64,000 nt of DNA from Amoebophrya sp. A120 (taxonomy: Eukaryota; Protista; Dinoflagellata), in contig CAJINV010000018.1 in NCBI GenBank assembly GCA_905178155.1, positions 1,338,190 through 1,402,189 of the forward strand. The letters run 5' to 3'. The notes beneath the pieces were generated by a model, which was not told the origin of the DNA, did not search any database, and saw only the letters and a list, made by a program, of their open reading frames with translations. Shown here piece after piece: positions 58,711 through 64,000 of the stretch (positions are counted from its first letter, which is position 1; the number at the start of each line of letters is the position of its first letter). The translations under genes were made by a program, and so were the position numbers.

Positions 58711-59766
58711 ATGCCCCGTCGCTCCTCCGGGCGCTCCGCCTCGCCGCCGCGTGCGGCTCCGGCCCGCAGCGCGGCGCCGCCCGTGCAGCAGCGTCAAGCG
58801 GCCCCGCCCCCACCGGCGCCAGCTGCCTACGCAGCACCGCCACCTGCGGCCGCCCCGGCAAGCGGCGGCATGATGTCCGGATTGGCGGGAAGCATGGCAA
58901 GTGGAATGGCCGCGGGCGTCGGTAAATACGATTATAAGGTTTTGGTTTTTCGTGCATTGGTCGTTCTTGCATGAGGAATCTCGCTACAAATGTGGATTAT
59001 GCATGACAGATTTCGGCCAAAAACGATAATGTATCCTCCAGGTATGTCCGTTGCGAATCGTGCGGTGGACGCGATGATGGGACCGAGGCAGACCGAAGTG
59101 GTGCATCGGAATGAGGTACAGGTTCTTTGTCATGCGAATCCCACTACATGGTTGGAAAATTCGAATTTGTGATGCGAAGTCCTGCATCAAACGAAAATGT
59201 AAATGTACTTATGAAAACAGGGCCAGCCCGCTGCTGCCGCCGAGCCGGCGCCGAACGCCGGTGCGAGCGAGCACTATCAACTGCAAATCTGTCTGGGTCT
59301 GGAAGAATGCAGGAGTTTGTCATGCAGATTTTGCATGACCTCCCATGAGGTCTGTGATGCGTGCCCTAGCTGCACCAGAGATTCTGCGAGGGCTTTCTGA
59401 TGCTCATACCGCATGAGAAGTGCCCTGTCCGCGTAGCAAAAATAGCTCTTCTGTTGCTGTTCATGCAATACAGATTTTATGCAGAGTCCAAAGGGAGCAT
59501 CACAAGTTGCAATCTTCCGGACCCAGACATATTTGCAATCCATAATTGCTTGAAATGTACCACCGAAAGGGACTGGTTGAAGCAGTGCATGGGCCAAGGT
59601 ATGTATGACTACTTTTGCGGAATTTTTGTCATGCAGAAATTGCATCACACAAATAATTTCTCATGCCAGGCCCACGTTGCAAACCAACTTTCAATTGACA
59701 TGCACAGGTGACCCGACCCAATGCAACTACTACGCGGATTTGCTGAAGCAGTGTCAGGGTGCGTGA
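58711..59766 (+). CDS. CHCHD2/CHCHD10 (Mix17)-like twin CX9C mitochondrial protein
   Basis: MPRRSSGRS..., GGMMSGLAGSMASGMAAGVGMSVANRAVDAMMG, CTTERDWLKQC and CNYYADLLKQC; GT-AG introns 58922-59041, 59116-59220, 59599-59707 plus one introner. Confidence 0.92.
59275..59544. mobile_element. Introner family A
   Basis: Intact TIRs; DR diverged agcac/attgc but 5-nt removal still restores the CX9C frame. Confidence 0.88.
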
Positions 59767-60432
59767 AGACAGTTGTAAGTACTAGAAAATGAATGAATAC
59801 GAACTGATCTATGATTCTATCTCCTATAAGTAGAGCAAGGTGCTGACTTTTAGCAAAAACCATTTTACTAATTCAACAAGTACAATGGCGATTTTCCGTG
59901 TCCTGCCCGCCAGGACCAAAAGCCACATCCGGGGCGACGCAAAACATTTAAGAAAGACTTTGATTTCTTTTCGGCTTCCAACTGCTGTAAACAACTGGGC
60001 GATCAGAGTGTCATGACACGACAGGCACTGACTCTAGCGGATGCACCGCAGAGCAAAAGAACGCTTGTGGCGTCTTTTTTGGAAACTGATGTTCTTCTAC
60101 TAGCGAGTGTTCTAGTACTGCGTTGGCACTGCGGGCTTGGAGATTGTTTTCTCCAGTTACGTCTTAAAGCCGTCAGAGACAAGAGGATCAAGCATGTTGG
60201 AGTTCTGCTTACCAAGAAAGGGTAAGAGAGGTAGTTGTAGCTGTGCCGCAGCTCGTCTGCCCACCCTAGATATGAGTCGGAAACTACTTGTTCCAAAGAT
60301 GTGAGGCGGTCAGAGCTGCAGCGCGACATTCCACCGGCTTGGTTGGGGACGATGGCGTCGGCCCCATCAGCCACCGTCCGCCGGCGGGAGCGTCAGCATC
60401 GAGGAACCGCCGGGAGCAGTGAGAAACACGCC

Positions 60433-61855
60433 ATGCTTGTTCCTACGAAGGGAACTACAAAGGTGTTCCTCGCTGCTCTGATAGCGCAAGAACTCCACCA
60501 ACTTGCAGCCGGTTACCAGCAGAAGAAGAACCTCCTCGTCGCTAAGAAGTTCTTTCTGCGTGATGGTAAAAAGTCCTCCGCAACTCTTCATCAGCGTCTT
60601 CAGATGAAAGCCAGTCCGGTCTCCGGTGCGCCCTTTTTGTTGAAGACCCCTCTGAAAGCGATGCCCACGGAGGAAGATGACGACATCAACCCGCAGCTAT
60701 TCATCACGCGGGAGCAGTTTGTGAACAAAAACGCCAAACCTCCTTCCGCTTGCGATCTCGGCACGAACCCGAGCAAGGACGACTGCATGGCCGTCAGCGG
60801 GCGCGAGTGCATGTGGGTCTCGCTGAATTCCGCCGGGATCCGGAACGCCAAGTCCCATTGCCTGCCCTGCGAAATCGACAACAACAAGATCCCCTGCTGG
60901 AACGTGGGGGCAAAGATCAACGGCGATACCGTGGAGGAGTGTCAGATGCAGTGTCCGCATCAGGCGCAGGTCCGCCAGCCGGAGTACGCCTGCGTGGAAG
61001 AGAGCGGGTTTTTGACCAAGTCGCAATGCTTCGACCTCGGGAACAAGTCCGGATCGAAGTGTATGTACCTGAATTACAAGAAGCAGGACGCTTTCGGGGC
61101 CGACACGCTGTCGATCTGCGCGCCGTGTTTCGTCTCCGGCATCGGCACCTGGGACTGCCCGAAGACGGGGAAATTTGGCGACGTGGTTTCCTGTGACTCG
61201 CAGTGCGCGGCGCCTCCGCCGCCCCTGCCACCGCACGCCCCGCCGCCGCCGAAAGATCCACCCGAGTCGCCGGGCCTGAAAACCACGACGCTGAATAACG
61301 GCGTGAATCAAGACCCGGAGCTGCAGAAAGTGACCATGGTGGACGCCCCGTTTCCCGTGACGCCCGCGCCGCCCCCGTCCAACGAAGAACTCATTGCCGC
61401 GGCCCAGGCAGCCAGGGACGCCGCGGCCCTGGCCAGCGGAACCACGCCGGCACCGCCGCTGCCCTTCTACTACCGTGAGGAAAAATCCCCCCTCCCCCTA
61501 TCAAAACGAAAATCTGTGATGCAGATTTGTGGCCACAAATCAGCTTTGTCATGCTAGGAGGGAAAAGAGGCGGACTGTAGTGCTGGGCGGTGTGCTGGGA
61601 AGGCCTTGCATCTTCAGCATGACAGGAGGCAGACGGACTTAAGAAACAGCATGACAAAGTGCCTGCAAACGAGGCCACAACTGCTGCTCTTAGTCTTCTA
61701 GCAATGCAAGTCGATTTGTGTCCTCAAATACAGCATGACCAATTTCGTTTTCGATATGGGGAGGGGGGACTTTTCCTTTTGATATCTACGTGCCGGTCGT
61801 CATGTATCGAAAACCGGAAGACTACGCGCAGCAAACGCCGATCCTGGATCGCTAG
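60433..61855 (+). CDS. Secreted Cys-rich, Pro-rich protein with a duplicated Cys module
   Basis: Signal-like KVFLAALIAQ; two modules C..SKDDC..GRECMW..CLPC and C..TKSQC..GSKCMY..CAPC; one introner. Confidence 0.8.
61471..61784. mobile_element. Introner family B
   Basis: Starts tacc; DR tctac. Confidence 0.9.
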
Positions 61856-61891
61856 TAGCGCGGCTTGATGTTGTGATTATATGGGTACTAC

Positions 61892-62041
61892 TATCCTGTG
61901 CAAAAGTATCGTACTCGTAGTAATTGCAATCATGCATCACAAATATCCCTTTTTAGGTAAATCAGCATTAAAAATTCCATTTTTCTTCTTGAAAAAATTT
62001 GTGATGCAATTTGTACTAGTACGATACTTTTGCAATGCATA
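61892..62041. mobile_element. Introner family D in putative 3' UTR
   Basis: Family D TIRs; DR actac/cttac. Confidence 0.88.
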
Positions 62042-62145
62042 CTTACAACACCTGCACTTCACCCACGAAGATGTTGAACGACGTAGATCCACTCCTTTAT
62101 TGTCTATGTCCTCTCCACCGCGAGGACCACGACCTCGGCCTCGGG

Positions 62146-62424
62146 TATCCTGAGTAAAAACGTCCCCACACCAGAGTCAAGCTGGGAAATCTGCTAGACA
62201 AATCTGTCAGCTTTTGCTGCTGCGCATGACAGGTTTGGCCTCGCAGCGTAATCCTGTTTAGCTTGTTGAGCGGCATCACAGATCTAGCATATCATGCTGA
62301 TTGGAGCATCACAAATCCCACAACACGACTAGAGACCGCTTCTCATGGGTCTCCGCATGAGAAACATTTTCAGAGTGCAGATTTGCATTACAACTCTGGT
62401 GTGGGGACGTTTTTACTCACGATA
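62146..62424. mobile_element. Introner family C in putative 3' UTR or intergenic DNA
   Basis: DR tcggg. Confidence 0.9.
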
Positions 62425-63409
62425 TCGGGTCGTGATTTGGCACTGTACATGCACCTACGAAGATCTGAGGTATGGAGAACTACGTGACTGACACTTAATT
62501 TTGACGAGGCAGCCGCTTCATTGGGCCGTTTTTTCTTTTCCGTTCTTGCTTGCATGATGGCACTACTTAGCAGCAATTGTCTCATCAAGAAACAAAAGCA
62601 CACACTTGGATGCTTCTTCACACTGCTCAGCGCATGATCGTGGATCATGCTTCTTCACAGTGTTTCCACAAATTCGGTCAAAATTCAAATGCACGTTCGC
62701 CAGAAGTTGCGATAAATTGATCACTTCTCGTCCACCAGAGCAGCCGCAGGATCTTGGCCAAGGTTGTGTGAGTTCGGCTGCAAGCTATGCAGCCGAACTT
62801 TTCAACAAAAAATTTGTTGATCACGATAAAGTATTATCTATCTATCATTCGGTGAAATTTAGTATTCTCAGTCGGTCGTGCAACCACAACAACTTTGGGA
62901 ACAATTAATATCATCATTCGGTGCAATTTTTGTAGGCTACAGAGTTAGTTTTTCGGTTATAGATTCATTTGATGTTGCGGATGCGGGATCATGATCAAGT
63001 GGAGAGGGAAATGAAAATGATGAAAAAGGAAACACAACGGAAATGGATCTTTTAGGGCCTTGAACTTTTGACGCCATGCCCAGGCATGGAAAAAAAGAAA
63101 GAAAGATGACCGCGGAGGATTCGTTTTTGTTGATCCAAGAAATCAATGTTCATTCATGTATAGCAAAGTCATGATGAAAACGAAAAGTGTATAAGGTTTC
63201 CAGATCTACTTCACGTTCATGGATCCGTTCGAGAGCAAACGGAAAATCAAAATATTGAAATCTCGTGTTCTACTACCGCCACCAGGTTTTGAATAAAAGT
63301 TTCTAATCGACCTCCACTTTGTTTTGAACGGTTCTTTATTGCTCTCGCGAGAGGTCGTTTTTAAGTTATATTTTTTTCATACATCATCGATCTATCATCA
63401 ATCATTATT

Positions 63410-64000
63410 ATGTCGAAGGCAGCACGAAGAATGGATGTGGAAGACGGGAAGGCGGTCGCGTTTTCTCGCATGCAGGAAAGTGAAGATGCCGGCCACGTAG
63501 ATCTGGAACAACAGGGAGACACCGAGAGCAGCACAACTGCGGCGCTGCTTGGCGAGAATAAGAACATTAACCGCGAAGATAAATATGAGCACGACCACGT
63601 AGAAGACCACCATTCGTCCTGTATGCAGCGACGGGCCGGGCTTCTGATCACGCTTCTTGCTTGTGCCACGGCTATTTTCGCCGCTGCTTTCGCTGTTTTT
63701 TTGGGTCTCTACGTGCAAGGAGCGAACCAGGTTGAGAGGCTCACGGAGCAGGTCGCGGAACTTAGGAGCGGCGGGGGGCCGAGCGGTGGCGGTACGGGGC
63801 CCAACAACGGTGGCGGTACGGGGCCCAACAACGGTGGCGGTGGCGGCCCCCCCAGCGGCCGCGACCTCAACAAAAACCCGATTCCGGTCAGTACCGACCA
63901 GTTGCCTCTGGACGCGCCGAGTGAGATGGTGGAGGTGTTCCGCGCGACAGACGCCGCCGCTGCCGGCAAGCGGGTCGCAGTATGCATGGTCGGCGGCGTG
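63410..64000 (+). CDS. Type II membrane protein, 5' part (possible glycosyltransferase-like Golgi enzyme)
   Basis: Open to the window end: MSKAARRMD..., TM LLITLLACATAIFAAAFAVFLGLYV, Gly-rich stem with a 24-bp tandem repeat, ends KRVAVCMVGGV. Confidence 0.7.
   Translation, partial: MSKAARRMDVEDGKAVAFSRMQESEDAGHVDLEQQGDTESSTTAALLGENKNINREDKYEHDHVEDHHSSCMQRRAGLLITLLACATAIFAAAFAVFLGLYVQGANQVERLTEQVAELRSGGGPSGGGTGPNNGGGTGPNNGGGGGPPSGRDLNKNPIPVSTDQLPLDAPSEMVEVFRATDAAAAGKRVAVCMVGGV

Noticed and set aside
1284-61855. Genome-wide stop-codon reassignment as reported for one Amoebophrya lineage
   Set aside because: Thousands of codons in the rebuilt genes have no internal stops; only one isolated TGA was seen
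1457-62487. Recurrent short ORFs with LPDPDIFAFD, KCKNVWVWK, EKSPLPIS or NSGVGTFL peptides as a protein family
   Set aside because: These are translations of introner TIRs in various frames, not genes

Overview
Eukaryotic nuclear DNA. The architecture strongly resembles the parasitic syndinean dinoflagellate Amoebophrya; this is inferred, not searched. About 14 protein-coding genes all lie on the + strand. They are riddled with about 49 short (140-325 bp) terminal-inverted-repeat elements ('introners', about 10 families) that start TAT, end ATA and are flanked by 5-bp direct repeats. Removing each element plus one repeat restores reading frames by hand, although there are no GT-AG ends and copies occur in both orientations. 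Rebuilt genes: a p24/GOLD protein, a 22-kb cryptochrome-DASH gene with 20 introners, an ABC1/ADCK2-like kinase, an RCC1-repeat protein, a CHCHD2/10-like protein and several unknowns. Main finding: a 12.2-kb Penelope-like retroelement (GIY-YIG endonuclease upstream of RT, Naiad/Chlamys-type, 851-bp direct repeats, three extra ORFs) sits inside an introner of the cryptochrome gene. A 226-bp truncated relative sits in the neighbouring introner. Both share a 3' hairpin motif ending in CATG, and both inserted at the TGTCATGC/GCATGACA motif common to the introner families. This suggests a retroelement lineage that targets introners as a safe haven.
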